Part shown: positions 62,490 to 64,000 of the stretch, in pieces
How the letters are laid out: each line of letters opens with the position of its first letter
How positions within the stretch are numbered: position 1 is the first letter of the stretch
From: Vicugna vicugna
Lineage: Eukaryota
DNA: 64,000 nucleotides
NCBI GenBank assembly: GCA_013265495.1
Contig: MU060965.1
Coordinates: 558,001-622,000, forward strand
Direction: 5' to 3'
Position numbers and translations under genes: made by a program
The notes under the pieces: generated by a model
Databases searched by the model: none
What the model saw: only the letters and a program-made list of their open reading frames with translations
Told to the model about the DNA's origin: nothing

Positions 62490-63577
62490 GTGAGTTTCCC
62501 TCACTCTTCCTGATATTGGTCTCAGTTACTTTGGGTTTTAGAAAATCTGCAGAGTTAAGTTTCCTTTTGCAGGCGCAGCTCAGCACTCCCACTGTCTGTC
62601 TCCCCACTGGTGTTGGCCGACCGCGGTCTTGTCCCTCCTGCCCCTCGCTTCCTCCCGGGCTGACCCGGCTCTCCCCACCGCCCCCGCCTGCAGCCCCAGC
62701 ACATCATTGGAGCCAAAGTCCTCAACGCCCCACCGACTCTCCTCAAGTCTCTTTAAATCAACAATCTGCTGCCCTATGACTTCCCAGGTTTTTAGCTCAA
62801 ATGCATCTTTCAGGAGGAGTGGCAGAATCTTCTGCCTCCGTGGCACCTGACGGCGTGGAAGTCTGGGCGGACGAGCCTGGCAGTGGATCTTTGAACGTGA
62901 GCCACATCGGACGCTTGTGGCTTGGACCTGTGGGGCCCCCTCGGCCTCGGCACAGATCACATAACGCAATATTAAATTGCGTTAAAATCAGCCAAGGCAG
63001 CCAGCCGAAGGAAAAATGCAAAACCCGTTGTCAGACCGCATTGGATGTGTCCGGATCCCTTTTCTGTGTTTGTGGAAGTTCTGTTGCACGGTCAGGAAGC
63101 GGTCCTTCAAGTTCCAGTCAGGCAAGTCCGAGAGCATCAGTTGGAGTGCAGTGCAGCGGCCGTCCTCATCAGAAGCACCGAAGCGCTTGCCTGACCATCA
63201 GCCCCGTTTCCCTTGAAGTGAGCCAGCCCTGGTCACGTGCAGTGGTGCTTCCTGCATTCGTCCACCAGTTGGTACCTTCGTCTTAGGACTCAAAGGTGGG
63301 GAGACCGTCGGGTCTGTGCTGGCGCTGCACCTGCTGTCTGCTTGCCAAGGGGTCTTGACCGTCACCCTGTCCCGCTCGAGCCCCCTTCTCAGCCCCCGTT
63401 CCAACGAGGCTGCCACAGTGAAGTCATGGCTACGTTTCCTGAGGAACCTCATTAGGCATTCTATGGCCTTGGACAGAAGTGACTGGGCTGAGATGCAGAC
63501 TCAGTCACGTTCACTGCCCCACCCGCCTCCAAGCTCGTCCACGGGTACAGCAGCGTGTGACCGTGCTGTCGGGGCTT

Positions 63578-63678
63578 CTGCTGTGGACAGAGTGCTCCCA
63601 TCCCCCAGACTGATGTGTTGAAACCTTACCTCCAGAGAGATGGGTCCTTAACAGGCGATGAGGCCCTGAGGGCGTGGA
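63578..63678 (+). mobile_element. MaLR LTR 5' fragment (MLT1A/MST-like)
   Basis: gctgtggac...tcccccagactgatgtgttgaaaccttacctcca...gatgaggccctgagggcg resembles the MLT1A start. Confidence 0.5.
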
Positions 63679-63935
63679 AGGAGGGATGGATGGATGGAAG
63701 ATGGGTGGGTGGTTGCGGGTGGAGGGATGGAGAGACGTACAAGTAGAGGGATGAATGGATGGGTGGCTGTGGATGGAGGGATGGAAGGATGGGTGAGGGG
63801 TGGATGAACGAATGGAGAGATGGACGAGTGGACGAGTGGATGGATGCACGGAGCAATGAAGAGATGGTGGAGGGTTACGTAGATGGTTGAATGATTAAGC
63901 CATCAGATGGACGATTGGCTGGTTGGATGGATGAC
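63678..63935 (+). repeat. (TGGA)n degenerate tetranucleotide microsatellite
   Basis: Repeated gatg/tgga units. Confidence 0.9.
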
Positions 63936-64000
63936 GGAGTTACTCTGAAATCCGTCTTGCTCCTTTCCTAGTAGTAAAAAGAGTTTTGCTTTTAGGAAAA

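Noticed and set aside
62962-62984. Perfect 9-bp inverted repeat TAACGCAAT-n5-ATTGCGTTA (near C/EBP sites)
   Set aside because: About one such repeat is expected by chance in 64 kb; no other support.

Overview
GC-rich mammalian genomic DNA, syntenic with human 13q34, in the order TFDP1(+), ATP4B(-), GRK1(+), TMEM255B(+). I rebuilt the exons by hand from GT-AG boundaries and recalled ortholog proteins. TFDP1 contributes coding exons 3-12 (the start exon lies upstream of the window). ATP4B is complete (7 exons, 291 aa) and GRK1 is complete (7 exons, 563 aa, CaaX CLVS). TMEM255B contributes exons 1-4 and continues past the window. A tRNA-derived SINE with 16-bp target-site duplications resembles the camelid Vic-1 family, so the source is probably a camelid (inference). 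There are also old MaLR LTR fragments, several simple repeats and a 75-N assembly gap. I found no CRISPR array, RNA gene or new protein-coding system; the long ORFs in the track are GC-bias or antisense artefacts. The best leads are isoform and regulatory ones: a cryptic acceptor plus polyA signal in TFDP1 intron 8, GRK1 last-intron variants, perfect DR1 nuclear-receptor arrays, an E-box minisatellite between the head-to-head stomach and retina genes, and substitutions in ATP4B (N130D, Cys64) and GRK1 (S5A). All ortholog comparisons are from memory and need alignment.
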